A stretch of 64,000 nucleotides of DNA from Gemmatimonadota bacterium (GTDB taxonomy: Bacteria; Gemmatimonadota; Gemmatimonadetes; Gemmatimonadales; Gemmatimonadaceae). Below are positions 45,576 to 55,582 of the stretch, piece after piece. The position numbers and the translations under genes were made by a program. The stretch is taken from the NCBI GenBank assembly GCA_040389905.1, contig JAZJZK010000014.1, positions 160,001 to 224,000 of the forward strand, written 5' to 3'. The number at the start of each line of letters is the position of its first letter. The first letter of the stretch is position 1. Below the pieces are notes generated by a model that saw only the letters and a list, made by a program, of their open reading frames with translations, did no database searches and was not told the origin of the DNA.

Positions 45576-48419
45576 ATGTACGCCAGATGCACCACGCACG
45601 TGGCACTCGTCGCACTGCTCGCGGCCCCACTCCTCGCGCAGAAGACCGAGACTCTCATGCTCTCGGGCGCGGACAAGGACCATACTGTTCCCTGGGAATT
45701 CCGGATCAGTGGAGGCATGAACGCCGGACGCTGGACCACGATCCCCGTCCCATCGAACTGGGAGTTGCAGGGATTCGGGACGTATGGCTACCAACGCGAC
45801 CCTGAGTCCCCGGACCGCGGGGAATACCGGCATCACTTTCAAGTGCCGGCGACATGGCGTGGGAAAGCAGTGCGACTGGTCTTCGAGGGAGCGATGACCG
45901 ACGCATCGGTCAAGGTGAATGGCACATCCGCGGGCCCCACGCATCAGGGCGGACACTATCGGTTCAGTTATGATGTCAGCGCGCTGCTCAAGTATGGTGA
46001 AGACAACGTGCTGGAAGCCGCGGTCGATGAGCACTCCGCAGATGAATCCGTGAACCGCGCCGAACGTGGCGGCGACTTCTGGCTCTTCGGGGGAATCTTT
46101 CGTCCCGTGTATCTCGAAGCGATGCCGGAGCGGCACATCGCTCGCACGGCGATCGATGCGCGTGCCGATGGCTCATTACGCGTCGATGCCTTTGTCGCGT
46201 CGCGCGCTGGCGTGCCGTCGGGCACGCAGGTCACCGCGCAAGTCGTGACGCTCGACGGCCATCCGTTCGGCGCGCCGTTTTCCGCCGTCGTCGCGGGCAA
46301 CGACACGGTGGCGACATTGCGAACCAAGCTATCAGGCGCGCGACTCTGGACGCCCGAGACACCGAACCGCTATCGCGTGCGTATTTCGCTCCCGGGTGCC
46401 CAGGGGCACACGGTCACGGAGACATTCGGATTCCGCACCGTCGAAGTGCGTCCGCAGGACGGCATTTACGTCAACGGCGCAAAGGTGCGGCTCAAGGGAG
46501 TCAATCGGCACACCTTCTGGCCCGAGGCCGGCCGCGCGAGTAGTCGCGCCATCAGTGAGCTCGACGTCAATCTGATGAAGGACATGAACATGAACGCGGT
46601 GCGCATGTCCCACTATCCGCCCGATGTGCACTTCCTCGATGTCGCCGACTCGCTCGGCCTCTTCGTGCTCGACGAGCTCACGGGCTGGCAGCGCGCCTAC
46701 GACACGCCCGTCGGCCGAAAGCTCGTCAGGGAAACAGTCACCCGCGACGTGAACCATCCCTCCATCATCTTCTGGGACAACGGAAATGAGGGCGGCTGGA
46801 ACTTCGACCTCGATGCGGATTTCGCGAAGTGGGATCCGCAGGGCCGAGCGGTGCTCCATCCGTGGACGTTGCATGGGGGTGTCGAGACGGCACACTATCG
46901 GCCGCTCGCATGCTGCGCCGGACGCGTGTTCCAGGGGCGCGATATCGTGATGCCCACCGAATTGCAACACGGTCTCTATGACGGCGGCCATGGGGCGGGG
47001 CTGGCCGATTACTGGGCGGCGATGCTCGCCAATCCACGTGGTGCCGGCATGTTCCTCTGGGACCTCGTGGACCAAGGGGTCAAGAGAACCGACCTGTCGA
47101 GGGACACGCTCGACGCCGCGGGCAATCGAGGTGCCGATGGCATTGTTGGACCACACCGTGAGAAGGAAGCGAGCTTCTTCGCGATCAAGAAGATCTGGTC
47201 GCCCGTTCACCTCGAGCTTGGCGACGTCGAAACGTTATCGCCCACGTTCGACGGGCGCTTCGTCGTGGAGAACCGGTACGACTTCGCGAACCTGAGCGGT
47301 GTCCGCTTCACCTGGCAGCTCGTTCGCTTTCCAACGTCGGCGAGCAAGCAGAGTGGTCACACCGTCGTCGCGCGCGGTACCGCGGCCTCACCGAACGTCG
47401 CCGCCGGCATGCGCGGCGTCGTGGCGCTGTCGATGCCGCGCGATCGCTCGAGTGCGGACGCCCTGTATCTCACCGCAACCGATGCACACGGGCGCGAGAT
47501 CTATACGTGGACGTGGATGCTTGCGGCTCCGCGCGCCATGGCGGAACGAGTGACGTCGACCGCGCCGTCGCAGCGTGTCGTGACGGCGACGGAAACGAGC
47601 GACAGGCTCTCCCTCGTCAGCGGCGATGCCCGCGTCGACTTCGACCGCGCAACCGGGCGCCTCACGCGCCTGCAGCGCGGCGCGGAGATCGTGCCGTTGA
47701 CCAACGGCCCGCGGATCGTCGGCGGAGTGGACGGCAAGCTCACGGCGCTCACGCATCGTGCGGACGGCGCGGATCACATCGTCGAGGCGACATACGAAGG
47801 TGGTCTGCGAACGGTGCGTTGGCGTATGCGTCCGGACGGTTGGCTGCGGCTCGACTATCAGTACGACGTGAATGGCGACGTCGACGCCGCCGGTGTGACC
47901 TTCGACTTCCCGGAGGCGAGCGTCACGGGTCTTCGCTGGCTGGGCAAGGGGCCGTACCGCGTCTGGAAGAATCGCGCGGAAGGTCAGGAATACGACGTTT
48001 GGCACAAGGCATACAACGACGCCGTGACCGGTGTCGTTTGGCAATATCCCGAGTTCAAGGGCTTTCACGGCGGTATCCACTGGGCCGTGTTGGAGACTCG
48101 CTCGGCACCGCTCACAATCGCAACGCCCGAGACAGACATGTTCCTGCGCGTGTTTACGCCTCGCCAGCCTCCTGCTGCGGATCAGGGACGAGTCGGTGGC
48201 ACGGGTGCACCGTTGAATACGTCACCGGAATTCCCCGCCGGCGACATCTCATTCCTTCATGCAATTCCCGCCATCGGCAACAAATTCATGCCGGCCGAGC
48301 GAGTGTCGCCTGCGGGGCGGAAGAACATGGTACAGCGGAATGCGCGTGGCTCGGATGTGCCGGACTATTCCGCAACGGTGTGGATCTATTCCGGCGATCC
48401 GAAGACTCTTACGCCATGA
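45576..48419 (+). CDS. Glycoside hydrolase family 2 (beta-galactosidase-like)
   Basis: VPSNWELQGFG, GGIFRPV, FGFRTVE, GVNRH, MNAVRMSHYPP, NHPSIIFWDNGNE. Confidence 0.96.
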   Translation: MYARCTTHVALVALLAAPLLAQKTETLMLSGADKDHTVPWEFRISGGMNAGRWTTIPVPSNWELQGFGTYGYQRDPESPDRGEYRHHFQVPATWRGKAVRLVFEGAMTDASVKVNGTSAGPTHQGGHYRFSYDVSALLKYGEDNVLEAAVDEHSADESVNRAERGGDFWLFGGIFRPVYLEAMPERHIARTAIDARADGSLRVDAFVASRAGVPSGTQVTAQVVTLDGHPFGAPFSAVVAGNDTVATLRTKLSGARLWTPETPNRYRVRISLPGAQGHTVTETFGFRTVEVRPQDGIYVNGAKVRLKGVNRHTFWPEAGRASSRAISELDVNLMKDMNMNAVRMSHYPPDVHFLDVADSLGLFVLDELTGWQRAYDTPVGRKLVRETVTRDVNHPSIIFWDNGNEGGWNFDLDADFAKWDPQGRAVLHPWTLHGGVETAHYRPLACCAGRVFQGRDIVMPTELQHGLYDGGHGAGLADYWAAMLANPRGAGMFLWDLVDQGVKRTDLSRDTLDAAGNRGADGIVGPHREKEASFFAIKKIWSPVHLELGDVETLSPTFDGRFVVENRYDFANLSGVRFTWQLVRFPTSASKQSGHTVVARGTAASPNVAAGMRGVVALSMPRDRSSADALYLTATDAHGREIYTWTWMLAAPRAMAERVTSTAPSQRVVTATETSDRLSLVSGDARVDFDRATGRLTRLQRGAEIVPLTNGPRIVGGVDGKLTALTHRADGADHIVEATYEGGLRTVRWRMRPDGWLRLDYQYDVNGDVDAAGVTFDFPEASVTGLRWLGKGPYRVWKNRAEGQEYDVWHKAYNDAVTGVVWQYPEFKGFHGGIHWAVLETRSAPLTIATPETDMFLRVFTPRQPPAADQGRVGGTGAPLNTSPEFPAGDISFLHAIPAIGNKFMPAERVSPAGRKNMVQRNARGSDVPDYSATVWIYSGDPKTLTP

Positions 48420-48434
48420 TCGGGCTCGTGACCA

Positions 48435-49253
48435 TTGAGTGATCCACTGCGCCTCGCGGGGCGAACGGCCGTCGTCACCGGCGCCGCGAGCGGCATCGGG
48501 CGTGCGCTGGCAGCGTCTCTGGCCCACCGCGGGTGCAACCTTGCGCTCGCCGATGTGGACGAGAGCGGACTGACCGAGACGGCAGTCCTGGTCGGTGCGG
48601 CCGGCGTGCGCGTGAGCATGCATCGGCTCGATGTTGCCGATCGCGACGCAGTCGCGGCGTTTCCGGAAACCGTGACTTCTTTGCACGCGGGCGTCGACCT
48701 CCTCGTGAACAACGCCGGAGTCGCTGTCGGGGGAAAGTTCGAGCAAGTCTGCGAGGCGAACTTCGACTGGCTGTTCGATATCAATTTCCACGGCGTCGTG
48801 CGCATGACGCGCGCATTCCTTCCGCTCCTTCGCGCGAGCGACGATGCGCGCCTCGTGAATATGTCCAGTGTCTTCGGGCTCATCGCACCGGCCGGGCAAG
48901 TGGCGTACGCCGCAAGCAAGTTCGCCGTGCGCGGCTTCAGCGAGGGGCTGCGTCATGAATTGGAGGGATCGACCGTGGGAGTCACGGTCGTGCATCCGGG
49001 CGGCGTGGCGACGTCCATCGCAGACAACGCACGGCCTTTGGAATCGTGGTCGCAAGAGGAGCGGACTCGGCGCCTCTCCAACGCACGGAAGCACCTGCGT
49101 CTCCCGCCAGCCCGTGCCGCCGAGATCATTGTGCGAGGCATCGAACGACGAAAGGAGCGCGTGCTCGTCGGCGTCGACGCGGTGCTGCTTTCCTTGACCG
49201 CTCGCCTCGCGCCCGTTTCGTACTGGAAGCTGCTCTCACCGTTGATACGTTGA
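48435..49253 (+). CDS. Short-chain dehydrogenase/reductase
   Basis: TGAASGIG, NNAG, SS, YAASK. Confidence 0.95.
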   Translation: MSDPLRLAGRTAVVTGAASGIGRALAASLAHRGCNLALADVDESGLTETAVLVGAAGVRVSMHRLDVADRDAVAAFPETVTSLHAGVDLLVNNAGVAVGGKFEQVCEANFDWLFDINFHGVVRMTRAFLPLLRASDDARLVNMSSVFGLIAPAGQVAYAASKFAVRGFSEGLRHELEGSTVGVTVVHPGGVATSIADNARPLESWSQEERTRRLSNARKHLRLPPARAAEIIVRGIERRKERVLVGVDAVLLSLTARLAPVSYWKLLSPLIR

Positions 49254-50218
49254 TGAGCATGTCCATCGCGCTGGTGACGACGCTCGGCGCCGCGGCACTC
49301 GTGCTGATCGCGCTCGTGCTGTTCACCGCGAACACAGCCCGTCGCGTCGAGGCCGCGCTGCCTGCCGAGGGAACGTTCGTGGACGTGGACGGCGCGCGGA
49401 TCCACTATCTCGAGCGCGGCGAGGGACCTCGAACCCTGCTCATGATCCACGGACTCGGCGGGCATGCGCGACACTTTACGTACGCGTTGGTCGATCGGCT
49501 CGCCGGCGAGTTTCACGTCGTCGTGTTGGAACGGCCGGGCTCTGGATACTCGTTGCGGATGCGGGGGGCGTCCGCGGGACCACTCGCGCAGGCGCGGACA
49601 GTCGCTGCCTTCATCCGAAAACTCGGCCTGAAGCGACCAATACTCGTGGGACATTCGCTCGGCGGAGCCATCGCACTGGCAACGGCGCTCGAGGCTCCTG
49701 ATGCTGTGGGCGGATTGGCGCTCATCGCACCGCTGACCGCGATCCAGGACGACATTCCCAAAGTATTCGCGGGTCTCAAGCTCAAGAGTCGCCTCGTTCG
49801 AATGATCATTGCGTGGACGATCGCCGCACCCATCGCGATACTGCGCCGGCGGGAGACGCTCGATGCGATCTTTGGCCCGGACACGCCGCCACGTGATTTC
49901 GCGACGGTCGGGGGCGGCCTTCTATCGCTGCGGCCGAGCGCGTTCGTTACGGCATCCACCGACCTCATGGCAATTCGCGATGACTTGCCTGGGCTGGTGG
50001 AGCGCTGCGGTACGTTGCGCGTCCCTGTTGGCATTTTGTACGGCACTGGTGATCGCGTTCTCGATCATCGTGTGCACGGCGAGGGGATTGCCGCGCGCAT
50101 CCCGCGGCTTCGGCTCCAACTTGTTCCAGGCGGGCATATGCTGCCCCTCACCGCACCTGATTGCGTCGCCGGCTTCGTTCGCGAGATCGCCTCGAGTGCG
50201 ATCAGCGCGCCGGCGTAG
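49253..50218 (+). CDS. Alpha/beta hydrolase
   Basis: TGATG overlap with the SDR stop; IHG, GHSLGG, GTGD, GHM. Confidence 0.93.
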   Translation: MSMSIALVTTLGAAALVLIALVLFTANTARRVEAALPAEGTFVDVDGARIHYLERGEGPRTLLMIHGLGGHARHFTYALVDRLAGEFHVVVLERPGSGYSLRMRGASAGPLAQARTVAAFIRKLGLKRPILVGHSLGGAIALATALEAPDAVGGLALIAPLTAIQDDIPKVFAGLKLKSRLVRMIIAWTIAAPIAILRRRETLDAIFGPDTPPRDFATVGGGLLSLRPSAFVTASTDLMAIRDDLPGLVERCGTLRVPVGILYGTGDRVLDHRVHGEGIAARIPRLRLQLVPGGHMLPLTAPDCVAGFVREIASSAISAPA

Positions 50219-50237
50219 ACGTCGTCGCGCGCAAGGC

Positions 50238-52010
50238 TCAGAGCGCGTCCGGCAGAACGGCCATCACGACCTCGGCGCCGGCATCGATCTGTGCCGCGAG
50301 GGAATGGACCTGCGGTAAGAGTCTGGTGACGTAGAAACGCGCCGTCGCGAGGCGCGCCTCGTTGCGCGCTCCGCCCTGCTCCGCGGCGACCGACGCCATT
50401 CGCGTCCACATCCAGCCCGTCGCCACGAGGCCAAACATGCGCAGATATTCTACCGCCGCCGCGCCGATCTCGTCGGGGTTCTGCTCGGCGCGCGATGTAA
50501 TCGTTCTGGTCGTCTTCCGGAGAACATCGAGCGCCGCAGTTACCGGAGTCGCGATGTCTGCGATGGCGGCGTTTCTGCCGGCAGCCTCGAGATCTGTCGT
50601 CGCGATGGCGAACCAGCGCTGCGGCAGGCGTCCGTTGCCCTCCGAAATTTTGCGGCCGAGCAGGTCCATCGACTGCACGCCGTTCGTTCCCTCGTAGATC
50701 TGGGTGATCCGGGCGTCGCGCACGAACTGCTCCATGCCAAAGTCGCGAATGTATCCGTGGCCGCCGAAACACTGGAGCGCGAGGTTGGTCACTTCGAAGC
50801 CGATGTCCGTACAGAAGGCTTTCACCACGGGCGTCATCAGCGCGAGCAGGTCGCCCGCTTCATCGCGCGTCGCGTCATCTGGATGGCGGTCATGCACGTC
50901 GATGAGAATACCCGACCAGTACGAGAGCCCGCGCATGCCCTCGACGTAAGCTTTCATCGTCATCAGCATCCGCCGGACGTCGGGATGCACGATGATGGCG
51001 TCCGCCTCTTCCTTGGCGTTCTGCGCCCCGCGAAGCGAGCGGCCTTGCAACCGCTCGCGCGTGTAGCTCAAGGCGTTCTGATACGCGACGTCGGCGAGCC
51101 CGAGTCCCTGGATGCCGACGCCAAGCCGCATGGCGTTCATCATCGTGAACATCAGCTTCATGCCGGTGTGCGGCGCGCCAATCAACCATCCGTTGGCATT
51201 CTCGAAGTTGAGCACGCACGTCGCGTTCCCCTTGATGCCCATCTTGTGTTCGATGGCGCCACAGGTCACGCCATTGGCAGTGCCAATGCCACCTTCATCC
51301 GTCGGCAGGAACTTGGGGACGACGAAGAGACTGATGCCCTTCGTGCCCTTCGGTGCGTCGGGGAGCTTCGCAAGCACCAGATGAATGATGTTGCTCGTGA
51401 GATCGTGATCGCCCGCCGAGATGAAGATCTTGGTCCCGTTGAGCTGATAGGATCCGTCGCCGGCGGGTTTGGCATTCGTGCGGATGATGGCGAGGTCGGT
51501 GCCGGCGTGCGGTTCGGTGAGGCACATCGTGCCCCCCCACTCCCCGCTCACGAGCTTGGGAAGAAAGCGCTGCTGCAATTCCGGTTCACCGAATTGCGTC
51601 AACAGCGTCGTCACGCCGTGCGCGAGCCCTGGATACATGCTGAACGACAGGTTCGCCGCGCAGAGCAACTCATCGAACACGAAGCGCGACAGGTGCGGAA
51701 GTCCCTGTCCGCCGAACTCCACGAGCGCGGTCATCGCCGGCCAGCCACCATCGCAGTAAGCGCGGTACGCGTCGTGGAACCCCTTTGGCGCATGCACGAT
51801 GCCACCTTCGAGGCGACATCCCTCGGCGTCGCCGCTCTGGTTGAGCGGTGCGAGCACCTCTTCACAGAGCCGGCCGCCCTCCTCGAGCACCGCCTGCAGC
51901 ATGTCCGGCGTGGCGTCCTCGAAACCGGGAAGCGCTGCGATCTGACCGACGTTCAATACGTCGTTGAGAAGGAAGCGGACTTCATCGAGCGGAGCGCGGT
52001 ACGTGGGCAT
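50238..52010 (-). CDS. Acyl-CoA dehydrogenase (FadE5/DmdC-like with C-terminal domain)
   Basis: YRAPL, GTMCLTEPHAGTD, GTKIFIS, EHKMGI, HPDVRRML, QCFGGHGY, IYEGTNG. Confidence 0.96.
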   Translation of the reverse strand: MPTYRAPLDEVRFLLNDVLNVGQIAALPGFEDATPDMLQAVLEEGGRLCEEVLAPLNQSGDAEGCRLEGGIVHAPKGFHDAYRAYCDGGWPAMTALVEFGGQGLPHLSRFVFDELLCAANLSFSMYPGLAHGVTTLLTQFGEPELQQRFLPKLVSGEWGGTMCLTEPHAGTDLAIIRTNAKPAGDGSYQLNGTKIFISAGDHDLTSNIIHLVLAKLPDAPKGTKGISLFVVPKFLPTDEGGIGTANGVTCGAIEHKMGIKGNATCVLNFENANGWLIGAPHTGMKLMFTMMNAMRLGVGIQGLGLADVAYQNALSYTRERLQGRSLRGAQNAKEEADAIIVHPDVRRMLMTMKAYVEGMRGLSYWSGILIDVHDRHPDDATRDEAGDLLALMTPVVKAFCTDIGFEVTNLALQCFGGHGYIRDFGMEQFVRDARITQIYEGTNGVQSMDLLGRKISEGNGRLPQRWFAIATTDLEAAGRNAAIADIATPVTAALDVLRKTTRTITSRAEQNPDEIGAAAVEYLRMFGLVATGWMWTRMASVAAEQGGARNEARLATARFYVTRLLPQVHSLAAQIDAGAEVVMAVLPDAL

Positions 52011-52022
52011 GCGTTCTGTGGG

Positions 52023-52649
52023 TTACGTGGCGAGCGTGGCGAGCCAGGCGACAAGCGCTGCTCCTGCAAGAAGCGTAGCCAGCCCCTTCAACCGAATCTT
52101 CTTGAGGTAAAACAGCAGCCCAAGCCCAGTCAGCGAGAGGAACACGAGGAAGATACCACTGGCATCGATCAGCCACGACCACGCCTGCCCCGCGTCGCGA
52201 CCGCGATGCAGGTCGTTCAACACCCCGACTGCGCCCTGATACGAGACCGTGAGCTTGTAGCGCCCGTCCTTCATGTCGATGAAGGTTGCCGCGGAGTAGC
52301 CGGGCGCCCGAAAGGTGAGCGCTCCCTCGCGATCGTCCTCGGTTCGGTCGGCCACCGTGCCATGCACACCGTGAGCACTGCGCAGGTGCTCGGAAACCAC
52401 CATCCAGTCGACGCCCTTGTCGCTCTTCCACGCTGCCGGAAGCGTTCCCGTGAGCTCCTCGGTTCGCTCGGTGGCAAGCCAATCGGGGTGATTGATCGTG
52501 ACGCCAGTGACGGCGAAGAACAGGACGACGAGGAGGCTGGCCATCGACGAGTAGATGTGCAGCCATCGGAGCACCGTGTGCACGCGCAGCCGCAGCGGAC
52601 GCTTGCGACGCGGAATGGCGCCGGCGTCTGGTACCGTCTCGACTACCAA
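52023..52649 (-). CDS. PepSY-associated TM helix domain protein
   Basis: RWLHIYSS, FFAVTGVTINH, LNDLHRGR, SLTGL. Start uncertain. Confidence 0.88.
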   Translation of the reverse strand: MVVETVPDAGAIPRRKRPLRLRVHTVLRWLHIYSSMASLLVVLFFAVTGVTINHPDWLATERTEELTGTLPAAWKSDKGVDWMVVSEHLRSAHGVHGTVADRTEDDREGALTFRAPGYSAATFIDMKDGRYKLTVSYQGAVGVLNDLHRGRDAGQAWSWLIDASGIFLVFLSLTGLGLLFYLKKIRLKGLATLLAGAALVAWLATLAT

Positions 52650-52653
52650 CGCG

Positions 52654-53244
52654 CTACTTCCGAAGGCGGTATTCGACACGAGCTCTCGCGATCTCTTCGT
52701 TCCCAGCGATGTCCGCGGCAACAGGCTTCGCAACGAGCGCCATGTCCTGCTTCATGACCTGATAGGTGCCGTGCTCGCGCGCCGCCTCGATGACGACCCG
52801 GTAGCTGCCCTGCTCCACGACGCCGCCACGATCGTCGCGCCCGTTCCAGCTGACGCTGTATCGCCCGGGAAGGCGAGTGGCGCTCGAAACGGTTGCCACG
52901 AGATCTGGCCCGTTCGCTGCCTCGACATCACGATCCACCGCAAACCATTTGCGCAGTTCGCGGATGTACCTCGGCCCCTTACCGCTGGTGTTGACCCAGA
53001 GACTGAGCGTTCGCACCGGTTTGCCGGTCGCATCCTCGACCCACACGGCGACGTAGGGGCGATGATAGCGGCCGCCACCAGGGGTCGCGATTTCGAGGTC
53101 GACCGCGAGCTCGAAGCGGTCGTCCCACTTCGGCGCGGCGGGGCGCTTGAACGCAGCAAGGCCAGTAATGGCCAGCACGGCTCCCGCCATGCGCGCGAGC
53201 AGATCGCGGCGGCCGAGCGGTTGATTCGAATCTATGTGGGACAT
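52654..53244 (-). CDS. DUF2271 protein, Tat signal, putative flavinylation substrate
   Basis: GRRDLL Tat motif, RPYVAVWVED, LRKW, VSSATR, EAAREHG. Confidence 0.88.
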   Translation of the reverse strand: MSHIDSNQPLGRRDLLARMAGAVLAITGLAAFKRPAAPKWDDRFELAVDLEIATPGGGRYHRPYVAVWVEDATGKPVRTLSLWVNTSGKGPRYIRELRKWFAVDRDVEAANGPDLVATVSSATRLPGRYSVSWNGRDDRGGVVEQGSYRVVIEAAREHGTYQVMKQDMALVAKPVAADIAGNEEIARARVEYRLRK

Positions 53245-53267
53245 AATGTCATTTGTTGTGGGAAATT

Positions 53268-54251
53268 CTACCTGCGCGGACGCAACGCCCGATCGCTCCA
53301 TGATGCATTCGTCGTGATGGTGCCATCGTCCTCAATGAGCATACAGCCGATGTCCGGCGAACTGTTGGCGAACGCGACGCTCTCGTGCGGCGCCATGACG
53401 CTGAATGCCGTAGAGAGTGCGTCGGCCGTTGCGCAATCGGGAGCGATCACTGACGCACTCGCGATGCGATGCGACGGAATTCCGGAGCGCGGATCGACGA
53501 TGTGCGACACGCTGTGTCCATTGGCGACGAAGCCGCGCCGATAGCTGCCGCTGGTGGCGACTGCGGCATTTCGAATGCGCACAACCACCAGTGGCGGCGC
53601 ATTATCCATGGGGGCGAATGGATCGCTCACGCCGACATCCACGTCGCCCTCACCGAGGTGCTGGACATCGCCCCCGATGTTGAGGAGCACGCCGCGCACA
53701 CCCTCCACTGATCGTGCGCACCGTGCTGCCGAGGAGACGATAAAGCCTTTCGCGATGGCGTCGAGCGAGACGGCAAGTTCGGTCAGGCGACGAGCGGTGC
53801 CGTTCGCGCGGTCGACGACCCAGCGCGGCTCATTTCGCGCAAGCGTACTCAGAACATCCGAAACGCGGATTTGGTCATCCGTGGCCAATGCCTGGATGAC
53901 CGCCTGCGCCGCGGAGTCGAACGATCCTACGGTTCGCTGGCGCCAGCTTTCGCACATGTCCAGAACTTCCGCGAGTTCCGGCGACACAGCCACGTCGACG
54001 GCATGCGTCGTCTGCCACCGCGCGAACTCACTCGAATCGGACCATCCGCTGAGGATGAGTTCCAGCCGGTCGACTTCGGCCAGCAGCAGCGCTTCGGCGC
54101 GCGCCGCGACCGATGGCGTGGTGGCAACAATACGCAAGTCGAGCGACGTGCCAAGTACGTGATCGTAGTGAACCGAATGCACGTACGGGCGACGCGTACG
54201 GAGGAGTCTCATAGCGTGTTGTACACCGGATGGTCGGTCACGGTCGTTCAA
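53268..54251 (-). CDS. apbE: FAD:protein FMN transferase
   Basis: LGT, LDAIAKG, LNIGGD, VATSG.Y, SHIVDPRSG, ADALST. Confidence 0.93.
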   Translation of the reverse strand: MNDRDRPSGVQHAMRLLRTRRPYVHSVHYDHVLGTSLDLRIVATTPSVAARAEALLLAEVDRLELILSGWSDSSEFARWQTTHAVDVAVSPELAEVLDMCESWRQRTVGSFDSAAQAVIQALATDDQIRVSDVLSTLARNEPRWVVDRANGTARRLTELAVSLDAIAKGFIVSSAARCARSVEGVRGVLLNIGGDVQHLGEGDVDVGVSDPFAPMDNAPPLVVVRIRNAAVATSGSYRRGFVANGHSVSHIVDPRSGIPSHRIASASVIAPDCATADALSTAFSVMAPHESVAFANSSPDIGCMLIEDDGTITTNASWSDRALRPRR

Positions 54252-54256
54252 TACGG

Positions 54257-54751
54257 TCAGCTGGGACCGCCATCCAGGTCGCGCGTCATCTCGATCATCG
54301 TCCGCCGGAACCCCGTGCGCGCGAAAAGGCGCTGCGCCGCCTCATTGCGGTCTGCCGTCGAAAGCACGATTTGTGGCGCGCCGCGCGCCGCAAGCGCCGC
54401 GATCGTTGCATCGAGGAGTGCGCCGCCGATTCCCCGACTGCGATGGTCTGGATCGACGAGAATATCGTAGAGGACTCCAGCCGGCCCGCGCAGCGACATG
54501 TAGTCCAGTCCTTCGAGCCCCGCATACGTGTAGCCCACCGTGTTTCCCTCGAAAACCGCCACCAGCACGATGACGTTCGGCTCGGCGAGCTGTGTGCCGA
54601 GGAACGACGCGTATCCACGCTCCGTTCCCGGGGTGGCGGCGATGAAGCGCGTCTCGTCGAACGCATGGTGCGCGCGCACGAGCAACGCGCCGAGTCGGCC
54701 GACCGCGGGAAGATCAGCGGTCGTTGCGGGGCGGATAGTGGTGGAGGTCAC
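54257..54751 (-). CDS. GNAT acetyltransferase
   Basis: IRPAT, VDPDHRSRGIG, NEAAQRLF...GF. Confidence 0.92.
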   Translation of the reverse strand: MTSTTIRPATTADLPAVGRLGALLVRAHHAFDETRFIAATPGTERGYASFLGTQLAEPNVIVLVAVFEGNTVGYTYAGLEGLDYMSLRGPAGVLYDILVDPDHRSRGIGGALLDATIAALAARGAPQIVLSTADRNEAAQRLFARTGFRRTMIEMTRDLDGGPS

Positions 54752-54816
54752 GGTGTCTTGAACTTAGCGCGGCAACGCGCTCAGCGTCGGACGCAACGAT
54801 GCCGGTTGCGCGCCCG

Positions 54817-55491
54817 TCAGGGCGTACCCTCAAAATCGATGTTCGTCGGACTCGTGCCGGCTTTGAGATAGGCGGCAATCGTCGTTGCCGGATCGATCGT
54901 GTTTGCCCGCGGCGCATCGAACATGTTCGTGGACGAGACGCTATTCCCAACCGACTCGAGCTTCATGTCGTCGATGAACAGCGTGCCGCGACCTTGCAGC
55001 ATTGCCCCGATGAGGATGCCGAGCGCATTGGACGGGACGTCGAGCACGACCGAGACTTCGTGCCAGTCCGTTGTCCCGCTCTCGGGCCGGGTGCCCATGT
55101 TGTCATAGGCGGTAACCACACCAGCTCCATCCACTCGCATCCAAAGACCGGCGATCGGACCAACGAGTCCATACCCCTTGACCCACGCTGACAAGCGCAA
55201 GCGCTTCCCGCGATAATCGTCGACGCGGATCAGTTGACTCAGGGTCGCCACCTCTGGCGTGGCGAGCTTGGCGCCGCCCATCAGGTATCCCGCCGAGTGT
55301 CCGCCGTGCCGTTCCGAGAGGGCAATGCCAATCTCGTAGGCATCCAATGTTCCGAGCGTACCTTGCCAGCCCGGAGGAATGCCGATGGACTTTGCAGCCA
55401 ATTCGGGTTCGGCGGGCGTGTCAGCACAGCCGCCGATCGAGAGACCGGCAAGCACGCTGGCGAGCAAACGTACTCGGAGGTGTACACGCAT
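54817..55491 (-). CDS. Lipoprotein with a galactose-binding-like beta-sandwich domain
   Basis: Lipobox IGGC; LSQ....DYRGKRLRLSAWVK, GLWMRVDG, DNM..RP..GTTDW, NIDFE. Confidence 0.75.
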   Translation of the reverse strand: MRVHLRVRLLASVLAGLSIGGCADTPAEPELAAKSIGIPPGWQGTLGTLDAYEIGIALSERHGGHSAGYLMGGAKLATPEVATLSQLIRVDDYRGKRLRLSAWVKGYGLVGPIAGLWMRVDGAGVVTAYDNMGTRPESGTTDWHEVSVVLDVPSNALGILIGAMLQGRGTLFIDDMKLESVGNSVSSTNMFDAPRANTIDPATTIAAYLKAGTSPTNIDFEGTP

Positions 55492-55582
55492 CGAACGCGC
55501 TCCGAAAGGAGGTAGCGACCAACCGTTGAGCGGTTGCGTAAACTACAGGCAGCTGTAGGGTTCGCAACGTCACGAACCGCCG

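Noticed and set aside
50757..52757. 666-aa plus-strand ORF
   Set aside because: Antisense shadow of the acyl-CoA dehydrogenase and PepSY genes. The same applies to 2074-3102, 15837-17027 and 36376-37674 in this GC-rich DNA.
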